This document shows positions 16,519 to 25,559 of a stretch of DNA of 57,004 nucleotides, piece by piece; the first letter of the stretch is position 1; each line of letters opens with the position of its first letter. Under the pieces are notes generated by a model. It did not search any database. It saw only the letters and a program-made list of their open reading frames with translations, and was not told the origin of the DNA. This DNA comes from Candidatus Aenigmatarchaeota archaeon (GTDB taxonomy: Archaea > Aenigmatarchaeota > Aenigmatarchaeia > QMZP01), in assembly GCA_015520105.1 (NCBI GenBank), contig WAQT01000010.1, positions 1-57,004 of the forward strand, given 5' to 3'. A program made the translations under genes and the position numbers.

Positions 16519-17268
16519 ATGTTCAAGCTTGTGTTGTCGGATGTTGACCTTCTAAGGAACACGATACCGATAATAGCCGAGATAATAGACGAGGGCGTGT
16601 TCCGCGTGGACCAGAACGGGATAAGCCTCGTGTCGCCGGACAGGGCGATGGTCGCTGTGATAGACATGAAGATACTTTCCACAGCGTTTGACGAGTACAA
16701 ATGCGAAGGCGAGGAGCTTCTCGGAGTGAACATGGCCGGTCTTGCTGCTGTGATGAAAAGGGTGAAGCCGAACGACAAACTCATTCTCGAGAAGGAGACA
16801 GGAGACAACAAGTTCACAATAACCATAAAAGGGGACGGAACGAGGAGGTTCGTGATTCCGCTCATTGATGTCAAGACGGAGAAGCCTCCGATAGACAAGC
16901 TCGCTTTCACCGGCAGGGTGGAGCTTGAATCAAGGCTCGTGGAGGATGGCATAGCTGACGCTGATGTCATAAGCGATGCGGTTATTCTGGAAGCAAACGG
17001 TCAGAGCTTCGCGATAAAGGCGAAGGGAGACGTTTCCTTCGCGAGCATGGAGTTGAAAAAGTCTGACAAGGGCCTTCTCGACCTCAAGGCCGAGGGAAAC
17101 ATAAGGGCTCAGTATCCCCTGGAGTACCTCAAGAAGATGATAAAGGCAGCAAAGCTGTCCGAGCAGATGGTGATAGAGTTCGGGACAGACTATCCTGTCA
17201 GGATAGGATTCAGGAGCATAGACAAGATGGAACTCAACTTCGTTCTGGCTCCGAGGGTGGAGACCTGA
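16519..17268 (+). CDS. pcn: DNA polymerase sliding clamp (PCNA)
   Basis: From the ATG at 16519: MFKLVLSDVDLLRNTIPIIAEIIDEGVF... About 250 aa with the two-domain PCNA pattern. Confidence 0.8.
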   Translation: MFKLVLSDVDLLRNTIPIIAEIIDEGVFRVDQNGISLVSPDRAMVAVIDMKILSTAFDEYKCEGEELLGVNMAGLAAVMKRVKPNDKLILEKETGDNKFTITIKGDGTRRFVIPLIDVKTEKPPIDKLAFTGRVELESRLVEDGIADADVISDAVILEANGQSFAIKAKGDVSFASMELKKSDKGLLDLKAEGNIRAQYPLEYLKKMIKAAKLSEQMVIEFGTDYPVRIGFRSIDKMELNFVLAPRVET

Positions 17269-18253
17269 GAAACAGCGCTTCCTTGGAATTGACCAATCTC
17301 CTTTCCTCCATTACGATTTTTTTTGCAAGTTTCGTGTCCTTGGGGTATTCCTTTCCCCTGTCCAGAATCTTATAATCGAAGTCATCGGAACCGAATATCT
17401 TCCTGAGATAATTCAGGATTGCATCGCTATCGATTCTCTTGCACGACATCACGTCTACCTTGACCAGCCGTCTCTCCGGGTAGGTGTGGATGCTTATGTG
17501 CGACTCTGCTATCAGTATGAAGCCGCTTATTCCGGAATCCTTTTTCCCTCTCTTCCCTTTGTATTCGACTATGACGGGCCTGCTTATTGCTCTCATCCCG
17601 AGCATCTCGACAAGCATGTTGAGTATCTCTCTTACGAATTTTCCGCTGCCCAGCTTCCTTGAGGAGCATTTGTAGAAATTCAGCACGATATGGTCTCCGT
17701 ATCCGGATTCGAAACCCGGCAGGACTCTGAACATGAGGTTGTCTGTGACTTGGTAGGAGAGGTCAAAAAGGAGCAGTGAGAAGAAATATATCGGATTTTG
17801 GGTGTAGAGCGATATCGTTAATGCCGCAATCTCGAGCATTATTCTGTGGTGGACTATTCTGTTGAATGGCGTTGGGATATTCAGTTCTCCCCTGTCGCTT
17901 TTCTCATTAAGAAACTCATCAAGCCATGCAAACAAGGCAAACGCTGCAAGAATTGGTATGCTTATGTCCTTGAGACCAAAGAGGAGAATCATGAAGAACA
18001 TTCCTGCAAGCGCGAGCTGATGCGCCCTGTGGTCTATCCTTCCGAAAAGGAGGTTTCCTATCACTATGGAGGACACCAGAGTTGCCAGGGCAGTGTCGAG
18101 TGAAATGAGGTATCCGGTGACAATTCCGTAAGCGAGCCCTGTCGCGTATTTCAGGTTCGGGTTGGAAAGGAACCTCTCATCAACCAGGTTGTCAGTGAGT
18201 TTTGTCAAGAACCCGGAGACAATCACAAGAACGTAACCAAAAACCGGCAGCAT
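17234..18253 (-). CDS. Fusion of a polytopic membrane domain (about 190 aa) with a pyruvoyl-dependent AdoMet-decarboxylase-family domain
   Basis: The C-terminal about 130 aa carries the self-processing motif IAESHISIHTYPE. The N-terminal half is strongly hydrophobic with several predicted TM helices. It is one uninterrupted ORF. Confidence 0.65.
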   Translation of the reverse strand: MLPVFGYVLVIVSGFLTKLTDNLVDERFLSNPNLKYATGLAYGIVTGYLISLDTALATLVSSIVIGNLLFGRIDHRAHQLALAGMFFMILLFGLKDISIPILAAFALFAWLDEFLNEKSDRGELNIPTPFNRIVHHRIMLEIAALTISLYTQNPIYFFSLLLFDLSYQVTDNLMFRVLPGFESGYGDHIVLNFYKCSSRKLGSGKFVREILNMLVEMLGMRAISRPVIVEYKGKRGKKDSGISGFILIAESHISIHTYPERRLVKVDVMSCKRIDSDAILNYLRKIFGSDDFDYKILDRGKEYPKDTKLAKKIVMEERRLVNSKEALFLRSPPSEPERS

Positions 18254-19162
18254 TCACAACCAGCCCCCTTCCTTCAGGGAAAGAACGATCAGAGGAAAGA
18301 GAATCGTGGCATCCCCCACCACTGTGACGTGTTTTCCGGATTCGCTTATCTTTCCCCAGCTCTTTGCCTCCCTTGTCTGGGCACCGCTCAGCGAACCGTC
18401 ATACTCCGAGGCGGTGGTGACGTAGACCGCGTAATCAAGCCCGTCCCTCACGATATTTGCGCCTATCACATGGTGCTTCGATATTCCCCCACCGAGTATT
18501 ATTCCGCCTGTCTTCTCGGAGTTAAGCACGATGTCCGCTAGGTCCTTCATGTCCGCTGTCACGTCAACAGAGAAGTCCGGATGCTCCTGCTTGAAGAAGT
18601 ACATCTGCAGACCTATTGCCCCGTCTGTTATTCCCGGACAGAAGACCGGTATACGGTTCCTGTGGCACCAGTAAAGGAAGGAACTCCCGTTGAGCTTTGA
18701 GCCGAAAAGGTCGCACAGCTCCCTCGGGCTTGTCGCTCTCTTCCTTCTGTAACTCTCCCTGAGAAATTCCATGACCTTGCCCTCGAGCAGAGCGTAGCGC
18801 TCGTTTGGTATGAGTATGTTTCCCAGCCGGTTTATGCCTTTCCTGTGGAGTTCGGCATCGTCCATGCTGAAGGACCCGAGACTGTACGGCTCGAAGCTCT
18901 TTATTATGTCATGGTCTATGCTCCCGGCTGTCGTCACAACTACATCAACGAACTTCCTCCTGCAGATCTCGGTTATCAGTCCTCTCAGACCGCTCGCCAC
19001 CATGTTCGCAGTGAAAGCGAAGAACACGGTCGCTCTCTCCTCCTTCATTCTCTTAATAAGTTTCGTGGCGTCTCCGAGATGGGTTGCCTGGAATCCTGTC
19101 TCCCGGAGAGCGTCTGCAAGGTTGTCGAGCGATTCCAGGGACAGGTCTTTGATCTCCTTCAT
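18254..19162 (-). CDS. dys: Deoxyhypusine synthase
   Basis: The DHS pattern includes AFTANMVASGLR, VTTAGSIDHD and GGGISKHH. The ATG at 19162 overlaps the agmatinase stop (ATGA). Confidence 0.8.
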   Translation of the reverse strand: MKEIKDLSLESLDNLADALRETGFQATHLGDATKLIKRMKEERATVFFAFTANMVASGLRGLITEICRRKFVDVVVTTAGSIDHDIIKSFEPYSLGSFSMDDAELHRKGINRLGNILIPNERYALLEGKVMEFLRESYRRKRATSPRELCDLFGSKLNGSSFLYWCHRNRIPVFCPGITDGAIGLQMYFFKQEHPDFSVDVTADMKDLADIVLNSEKTGGIILGGGISKHHVIGANIVRDGLDYAVYVTTASEYDGSLSGAQTREAKSWGKISESGKHVTVVGDATILFPLIVLSLKEGGWL

Positions 19163-19977
19163 TCTTTCACCATCAAAGAGAGAATCTTCCTGAACACCCA
19201 TGCGCCGAGGTTTGCGGTCCGGGTGTTCACGCTCTGGGAAGCGCACTCCACTATATCGAAGCCGATAAGTCTTTTCATGGGTATGGCGTTCAGATGATTC
19301 AGGAACTCCCTGGGGGAGAGACCTCCCGGCTCGGGCGTTCCGACCTCAGGAGCGTGGGAGGGGTCGAAGACGTCAAGGTCCACAGTGATGTAGAGAGGAT
19401 TATCGGTTTCGTGAATGTTTTCTTTCACTCCCAAGCTCTTGAGAAAGCCTTCCTCCTCAGGATGCCAGGAGCGGCAGCCGATCTGGACAAGCTCGATGCC
19501 GGGCCTCTTTGCGGCATGGTGGGCCCATGTTATGTGCGAGAACCTCTCTCCCATCCAGTCCGGCATTAGGTCCCTGTGCGCGTCGAAGTGGATAACCGTT
19601 ATTTTTTTATGGAACTCCCCCAGGGTTTCGAGGACAGCGAGGGTTATGAGATGTTCTCCTCCGAGAAAGGCCTTGACGGATTCCGGTCCGGCTTCCTGAA
19701 GACTCCTTACGGTGTCCTTTATCGCTTCGGACGTGAGCTTCCAGCTTCCGGGAACGGTCTCCACGTCCCCGGCATCGAAGAACCTGAGCTTCTTGAAGAT
19801 GTTGGTTTCGCTCTCCGGGTCATAACCAGGAATGCTCCTTATCGCCTCCCTCAGGAAAAGCGGACCGAACCTCACGGGAAACCCTGTCTCCGTGGAGTCG
19901 AAGGGTATGCCTAAGAGAGAGACGTCGCATTTCTGCGGTTCGTGCTCGTAGGAGAAGGTTCTTCTTGCGTAAAGCAT
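19159..19977 (-). CDS. speB: Agmatinase (ureohydrolase family)
   Basis: Mn-binding motifs GGEH, HFDAHRD and VDLDVFDP are present. Confidence 0.75.
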   Translation of the reverse strand: MLYARRTFSYEHEPQKCDVSLLGIPFDSTETGFPVRFGPLFLREAIRSIPGYDPESETNIFKKLRFFDAGDVETVPGSWKLTSEAIKDTVRSLQEAGPESVKAFLGGEHLITLAVLETLGEFHKKITVIHFDAHRDLMPDWMGERFSHITWAHHAAKRPGIELVQIGCRSWHPEEEGFLKSLGVKENIHETDNPLYITVDLDVFDPSHAPEVGTPEPGGLSPREFLNHLNAIPMKRLIGFDIVECASQSVNTRTANLGAWVFRKILSLMVKE

Positions 19978-19993
19978 GGTAACGCCTGCCGGT

Positions 19994-20215
19994 TTAGATT
20001 GGCTCGGTTTTCTTTGTGACGAACTCTATGTCCCGAACCATCACTGTTCTCCTTCCGGCGTGCCTTGACAGCTCAACAGCCTCCCTTGCCTTCTCCCTGG
20101 CGGATTCAAGAACGAGCATCCTCAACGCCTTGGAAGCAGGCTTCGATATTCTCATTCCGGAAGCCTCTCTTGCAATCCTTTCGATGGGCTTCGAAGGGAA
20201 TTCCTTGGTCTTCAT
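19994..20215 (-). CDS. Archaeal histone-fold protein
   Basis: 73 aa. PIERIAREASGMRISKPASKAL...AVELSRHAGRRTVMVRDIEF resembles HMf-type histones. Its ATG overlaps the L18 stop (ATGA). Confidence 0.65.
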   Translation of the reverse strand: MKTKEFPSKPIERIAREASGMRISKPASKALRMLVLESAREKAREAVELSRHAGRRTVMVRDIEFVTKKTEPI

Positions 20216-20781
20216 GCCTCTTCACCCTTTTTCTTTGCTTTCTTGGGGTTTCCCTGCTCTCCGAGAATCTTCCCCTTTACCTCCTCGAAGTGCTTGGGGA
20301 GGTCTGAATATTTCTTGAGATAGGATGCTATGTGCTCTCCCTTTATCCTCTCCTCTGAAGGAAGAACATCCTCTGAGTGCGGAACCTCAAGGCCGGCGTC
20401 CAGCGCTCCCTTAAGGCAGGCGTATATCCTTGAGTTCGGGGTTGGAGAGACGATTCCTGCATCCAGAACCGCCTCTTTTATTCTCCTTTCCCTCGCAAGC
20501 TTTCCGCAGAGCAGGCCTATCAGGTAGGATGATGGTATGTTTCCTGTCCCTGCGCTCCATCCCATCTTTCTGAGGTGCGCGGAGTTCGCAGAAACGATAA
20601 CCCTGTCGCCGGAGGGAGAGTGCTGAGCTATCTGGCATTCCATGTTGTTGTTGCTTCTTCTTATAACGAGCCTGGGCTTTCCTGATTTCAGGAGGGAAAG
20701 CCTCTTCCTGTAGTCCGTTCTCTGCTCCCTTCTCCTTCTGTGCGGGACGACATAAATCTTTCCGCTCTTCATGATAATCAC
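20212..20781 (-). CDS. rpl18: 50S ribosomal protein L18 (uL18)
   Basis: PHRRRREQRTDYRKRLSLLKSGKPRLVIRRSNN is the archaeal uL18 signature. Confidence 0.85.
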   Translation of the reverse strand: MIIMKSGKIYVVPHRRRREQRTDYRKRLSLLKSGKPRLVIRRSNNNMECQIAQHSPSGDRVIVSANSAHLRKMGWSAGTGNIPSSYLIGLLCGKLARERRIKEAVLDAGIVSPTPNSRIYACLKGALDAGLEVPHSEDVLPSEERIKGEHIASYLKKYSDLPKHFEEVKGKILGEQGNPKKAKKKGEEA

Positions 20782-21317
20782 CTGGCGGGTTTACTCTCCT
20801 TTGATTTTTTTGGCTTCTTTGGTTTTGCGGCGGTCTTGGGCTTTGCCTGTTTTTCGGTTTTTGCCTCCTTCTTGCTCTTCCTGAGCATGTCATGCTCTTT
20901 CATGTAGGTGAGCATGTGCTTCTTGCTCCTGAAGAAGCCTCCTCCAGCCCTTGCATAGAGTTTCTTGTAGTCCTCCTTTGTGATTTGCTGGGAGTCCTTC
21001 ATTTCCTTTAGAAGCCTCCTCAGGGGCCTTATGGTCTCTATCCAGCCGGTTTTGGAATCCTTTCTCGCCCCCCTCGTTCCCTTCTTGCTTCCGGGGCCCT
21101 TTCTCCTTCCCTTCTTCTTCTGCTCCGCTATCTTCTTTGATCTGAACTTCGATGTTCCCTTCTTCTGCTTCTTGTATATCACGCCCTTCTTTATCAGGAG
21201 TTTTATGTCGTTTCTTGTGAGGGCTTCCTCTGCATCCTTCTCCTGCCTTATCCTGACGCGGGACAGACCTGCCTTAAGAAGCCTTGCTGCCAGCCTTTTT
21301 TGCGACCTGAGATTCAT
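20778..21317 (-). CDS. rpl19e: 50S ribosomal protein L19e with a Lys-rich tail
   Basis: The N-terminus MNLRSQKRLAARLLKAGLSRVRI is typical of eL19. Confidence 0.85.
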   Translation of the reverse strand: MNLRSQKRLAARLLKAGLSRVRIRQEKDAEEALTRNDIKLLIKKGVIYKKQKKGTSKFRSKKIAEQKKKGRRKGPGSKKGTRGARKDSKTGWIETIRPLRRLLKEMKDSQQITKEDYKKLYARAGGGFFRSKKHMLTYMKEHDMLRKSKKEAKTEKQAKPKTAAKPKKPKKSKESKPAR

Positions 21318-21903
21318 TCTTTGCCTCCTCTCCTCCGAAATCCGTTACCCTGAGTTTGAAATCGGAGTCCTTCTTTATCTTCTTCCTTCTTTTCAGGATC
21401 TCCTTCGCGAGAATCCAGAACACAAGAGCGAGCGACTTCCTTCCGTTGTTGTTAGCCGGTATCACGAAGTCCACGTTCTTAGCTATGTTGAAGGTGTCGC
21501 ACACCGCAACTATGGGAATCCTCTTCTTTCTGGTTTCCTTTATCACCTGCTCGTCAACGAGGGGGTCTACCACTATCACAACATCGGGTTCGTAGAAGCC
21601 GCTGTAAGAGGGGTTTGTGAGCGTTCCTGGAACAAACCTTCCTGGAATCGCCTTCGCTCCAACCGCTGCCGCAAACGCCCTTATCGCCTTGTGGCCGCTC
21701 TCCTTTCTCGAGACCACGAGCATCTTGCTGAACCGGGAGAGAAAATCGGCTGCTATTGAGAGGCGGGAATCAACCTTCTGTAGGTTGAACACCGCAAGGC
21801 CGTCGTCCCTCACCTTGTACACGAACTGCTTCATATAGGGCGTGCAGGACTTCATTCCTATGTGCACTCCGGCGCTGAGGTAGTCGTTCTTTTCCACAAG
21901 CAT
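21274..21903 (-). CDS. rps2: 30S ribosomal protein S2 (uS2)
   Basis: YLSAGVHIGMK...DGLAVFNL and the VVDP..D..VIKE core are typical of uS2. Confidence 0.8.
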   Translation of the reverse strand: MLVEKNDYLSAGVHIGMKSCTPYMKQFVYKVRDDGLAVFNLQKVDSRLSIAADFLSRFSKMLVVSRKESGHKAIRAFAAAVGAKAIPGRFVPGTLTNPSYSGFYEPDVVIVVDPLVDEQVIKETRKKRIPIVAVCDTFNIAKNVDFVIPANNNGRKSLALVFWILAKEILKRRKKIKKDSDFKLRVTDFGGEEAKNESQVAKKAGSKAS

Positions 21904-22005
21904 GCTATCACATGATATAATCCTTATCTGTGGCAGATGATATTTAAAAACGTTGCATGTTTTCTTTATCAGCAGGTTTTTAAAGTTTTGAATTTATTTA
22001 GAAGC

Positions 22006-22503
22006 ATGGCGGACCGGCATGGAGAAAGGGATGAATTGCCCGGGATTTTGAAGGAGATTTTCGGTAATATAAGAACCCGTTTTGGCCCTGATTTGGAAAG
22101 CGTTCTGGAGGATTTCTACAGGAACAACAATCTTCCGGAGCCTGAGAGAGTTGCAAAAACATCAAGAGGAATTATTGCAACAGGAGAGGATTATCTTTTT
22201 GTTCTTGATTCAGAGCTTCTGGATGACGGGAGTGAACTGCGGCCCTTTCTGGGCGGAGACGGGAGCATGATGTATTCCAGAATGATGAAAAGGTATGTCC
22301 TCAAGGGAGAGATAAAGGGGAAAGAAGTCAGGCTGGTTGCGGATATCATTGAGAAGCATACATACTCAAGAAAGGAAAGGGAAGGATTCTGTAATTGCTG
22401 TTCTCCCTATTATGCAAAAGAAGGCGGGACTGATAGGGAGATTTCAAGGAAAGACGATTATCCTCTCTGGTTCATGACAGAAGCAGGGAAGGGGCAATCA
22501 TAA
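22006..22503 (+). CDS. Hypothetical protein
   Basis: ORF from the ATG at 22006 (MADRHGERDEL...). No family recognised. Confidence 0.4.
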   Translation: MADRHGERDELPGILKEIFGNIRTRFGPDLESVLEDFYRNNNLPEPERVAKTSRGIIATGEDYLFVLDSELLDDGSELRPFLGGDGSMMYSRMMKRYVLKGEIKGKEVRLVADIIEKHTYSRKEREGFCNCCSPYYAKEGGTDREISRKDDYPLWFMTEAGKGQS

Positions 22504-22724
22504 GGAAGGAGTGCCATCTCACCTTGATATGAAGGGTATGCAACTACTCTTCTTTGGATATCGACCGCAACAATTCGAAACAATTCAGGCAGATGTGAAC
22601 AACACTGTTAAGATAAGTTGCCCAATTAATGCAAAATGATACGGAAAGAAATCTGTGGTTTCCAGCAGCATTCTATTAATTCCGGTTCAAAATCAGCATC
22701 GGAAGTGAATTATCAGGCACGCCT

Positions 22725-23969
22725 CTATTTCAACATATATTTATAGAAAGGAACAATCTCTATTCTCCCCTTATCAAACTCTGCTTTCCCTTCTTTATCA
22801 TAGGTCAGTATAATTCCTTTATCAATCCTGAACTTTTTCATGAAAGTTCTTAACGGCTTGATATCAAGCTTGGAATATTTTATTTCTATTGGTATTATCT
22901 TTCCGTCAGCGTGCTTAACGACATCAACCTCGTTCTTATAAACATCTCTCCAGAAGAAATCTGCATTCAATTGAAGAACCATTGCTGTTTCAAAAACCCT
23001 CCCCCTCAGTCCATGTTTTCTGACAATCTCTGGCAAAACAACCGTCGGATAATACTTCTTAAGCTTTCTCTGGGTTTTTCTGGCACTGCCCGAGAAATTA
23101 TAAAGTTTTTTAATCAGATAGGATTTTTCCAGATAATTAAGATAATTTGATAGTGTCTGCCTTGAGATATTCAGGTCTTTTGCCATATCATCTATGTTTA
23201 TTATCTCTCCAGGGCTGAGGAGAATTATCCTTAAGACCTCCTCCAGTATTGCGGGTTCTCTGACCGGAAATATCTGAGGAATATCTCTGTAAACAATCTT
23301 CTCTATAATATTCTCCTTTATGTATTTTTTTACAACCTCTTCTGTTTCGCTCGCAATTTCAGGAAAGCCGTTGCAAAGCAGAAAGTTATCGAACTCCCTC
23401 AGGATTTCTTGCTTGTACAACTCCACATTTTCAAACCTTCTGCCTTTGAAAGTTAAATACTCTCTGAAACTCAGTGGCTGAATCTTGAATTCAAAAAACC
23501 TCCCTGCAAGGCTTTCCCTTGATTTATTTGATATGAAAAGCGACTCCGAGCCGGAGATGATGAGTTTTATGTTTTTGAAATTGTCATAAACCCTTTTAAT
23601 CTGCTCTTCCCACCCCGCAACCTTTTGTATCTCATCAAACAGCACGAGATATTCGCCTTCGCCAAGCTCCTTGTTAACAAGCCTTGAATAAGCATTAAGA
23701 ACGTCTTTTATTCTGACATCCCTGAAATCATCAAAGGAGAAATACATAATATTTTCGGGACCGAACTTTTCAATATTGTCTCGAACCATCTTCAGCATTA
23801 TTGTTGTTTTTCCCACCCTCCTCAAACCGGTCAAAGCAATGATCTGCCTTGTTTTGAGAAAACGCTTTATCTCTTCGTAAACCTCCCTTGGCCTGAACTC
23901 TATTTCAAAGCCTCTTTTCCACCACTTGTTTGTCTCTTCCAGAGCCTCTATTATTCTCTCACTGTCCAT
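22725..23969 (-). CDS. AAA-type ATPase with a DUF4143-like C-terminal domain
   Basis: Walker A GLRRVGKTT, Walker B-like LVLFDEIQ, and a C-terminal DUF4143-like region. It is a paralog of 30236..31459. Confidence 0.7.
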   Translation of the reverse strand: MDSERIIEALEETNKWWKRGFEIEFRPREVYEEIKRFLKTRQIIALTGLRRVGKTTIMLKMVRDNIEKFGPENIMYFSFDDFRDVRIKDVLNAYSRLVNKELGEGEYLVLFDEIQKVAGWEEQIKRVYDNFKNIKLIISGSESLFISNKSRESLAGRFFEFKIQPLSFREYLTFKGRRFENVELYKQEILREFDNFLLCNGFPEIASETEEVVKKYIKENIIEKIVYRDIPQIFPVREPAILEEVLRIILLSPGEIINIDDMAKDLNISRQTLSNYLNYLEKSYLIKKLYNFSGSARKTQRKLKKYYPTVVLPEIVRKHGLRGRVFETAMVLQLNADFFWRDVYKNEVDVVKHADGKIIPIEIKYSKLDIKPLRTFMKKFRIDKGIILTYDKEGKAEFDKGRIEIVPFYKYMLK

Positions 23970-24125
23970 ATTCCTTCACTGTAAATTTTACGTTATTTTT
24001 AATTAACATACTTTGATAATCTATGTTAATCATATATTTAAATCTTTCACTTCAATTTGTGCAGCAAGAGAGCTTTCGGACGAAGAGATTAAGAGAATCG
24101 GGTATAAACAAAGAAACAGCCAGCC

Positions 24126-25310
24126 TTACCTCAAAGGCAGCTCTGCCATTTCCGCTCCGGGAATCTCCTCCCAGAGCTCTATCAGGCGGTTGAGCTTGGG
24201 CGCGTCCGCTCCTGTTATTCCTGACTTGAACAGGGGGGAGTCCCATGCGAGGCAGAGGTCCGCCAGCCAGTCGTCGAAACTCTCGCCCGAGCGGTGGGAA
24301 GGGATTATCGCCATTCCGGACTTCCTTGCGAGGGAAACAGCGTCCGTAGCCTCTGTGAGCGTTCCTATCTGGTTCGGCTTTATTATGATTCCGTTCGCAG
24401 ATGATTTTTTTGCTCCAATCCTTATCCTTTTCGGGTTTGTGCAGAAAAGGTCGTCTCCGACAACCAAGGTTTTGGCCCGAAGCTTCTTCGTGAGTTCGGA
24501 GAAGCCGGAGAAGTCCTCCTCGTGGAGCGGGTCCTCAAGATAGTATATGCGGAACCTCTCGGTGATATCGAGAACGAACTCCTTCTGTTTCTCCGGGTTG
24601 AGTTTCTTCTTCCCTCTCTCGTAGACGTAAGACTTCCCGTCCCAGAGGGAGGATGCGGCCGCATCTATCCCAATCCTCAGGTCCCAGTCTTCAGCGATGC
24701 CGGAGAGGAACTCGAGTGTCTTCTCCTCATCCATTCTCGCCATCCAGGCGTTCTCTATATTCCTTCCAAGAAGAAGCTTCCTTCTCCTGAGCTCGTCTCC
24801 TATGTGGGACCAGGCATCGAGAAGGGTTTGGGTTGCCCCGTGCGGGTTTTCCGCCTTGTAGGGTATCAGGAGGAACTCCTGCCAGTCCGTCCCTCCGGCA
24901 TGCCGGCCTCCTCCTATCACATTCCCGAGGGGTATAGGAAACCTGACTGAGAGTCTCTCCCCTGTGAGTTTCCAGAGCTCGTTTCCTGTGGCAGCCCTCG
25001 CGCAGGCAACGGATATAGCGAGGGCTAGGTTCTCTCCTATCCGGGAGAAGGTTCCTGTGGAATCGAGCTTCCTGAGCAGGGCATCGATTACGTCAAGCTG
25101 CTTCTCGTCCCTCTTTATCAGGTGCGGCCTTATTGCGGAGAAGAATCTGAGGATTTTCTCTACAGGCAGTTCCACAGCTTCATATTTTCCCTTGGAGGTT
25201 CCTGATGGGACAGAGGCGGAATAGACTCCGGAATCCGTATAGAGCTTCACCTTCAGGGTGTCCTTTCCCTTGGAGTTGAAAACAGGATACACTCTGATGT
25301 TCTTTATCAT
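24126..25310 (-). CDS. eno: Enolase (short form)
   Basis: SVPSGTSKGKYEAVEL, IKPNQIGTLTEA and SHRSGES motifs are present. Confidence 0.8.
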   Translation of the reverse strand: MIKNIRVYPVFNSKGKDTLKVKLYTDSGVYSASVPSGTSKGKYEAVELPVEKILRFFSAIRPHLIKRDEKQLDVIDALLRKLDSTGTFSRIGENLALAISVACARAATGNELWKLTGERLSVRFPIPLGNVIGGGRHAGGTDWQEFLLIPYKAENPHGATQTLLDAWSHIGDELRRRKLLLGRNIENAWMARMDEEKTLEFLSGIAEDWDLRIGIDAAASSLWDGKSYVYERGKKKLNPEKQKEFVLDITERFRIYYLEDPLHEEDFSGFSELTKKLRAKTLVVGDDLFCTNPKRIRIGAKKSSANGIIIKPNQIGTLTEATDAVSLARKSGMAIIPSHRSGESFDDWLADLCLAWDSPLFKSGITGADAPKLNRLIELWEEIPGAEMAELPLR

Positions 25311-25337
25311 GAAAAGGAATTGGGAAGCGTCCTTATA

Positions 25338-25529
25338 TTACTCGCCTTTCTGCTTCCTTATCTCTATCGGTATCACTCCCGCCTTCCATTCAAGCTCGGC
25401 TATCTCGAAGGGCTCTGTCACGCTCTTCGGGACCTTCACAAGTACCGGAGAGCCCTGCGCTATCTGGAGCGCCCTGGCAGAGAGTATTCTGGTTATTTCG
25501 TATCTGGAATGGTATTTTCCGTTGGGCAT
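25338..25529 (-). CDS. rpoK: DNA-directed RNA polymerase subunit K (Rpo6)
   Basis: 63 aa. SRYEITRILSARALQIAQGSPVLV is the Rpo6/omega-like signature. Confidence 0.8.
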   Translation of the reverse strand: MPNGKYHSRYEITRILSARALQIAQGSPVLVKVPKSVTEPFEIAELEWKAGVIPIEIRKQKGE

Positions 25530-25559
25530 GCTTCTCTATCCCCGTTTGTCTTTAAATTT

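Noticed and set aside
23985-24050. Short inverted repeat TTAACAT-N13-ATGTTAA between the DUF4143 ATPase and enolase, as a possible insertion boundary
   Set aside because: It is a 7-bp repeat in very AT-rich DNA, which is expected by chance. I found no matching repeat on the other side of the ATPase gene.
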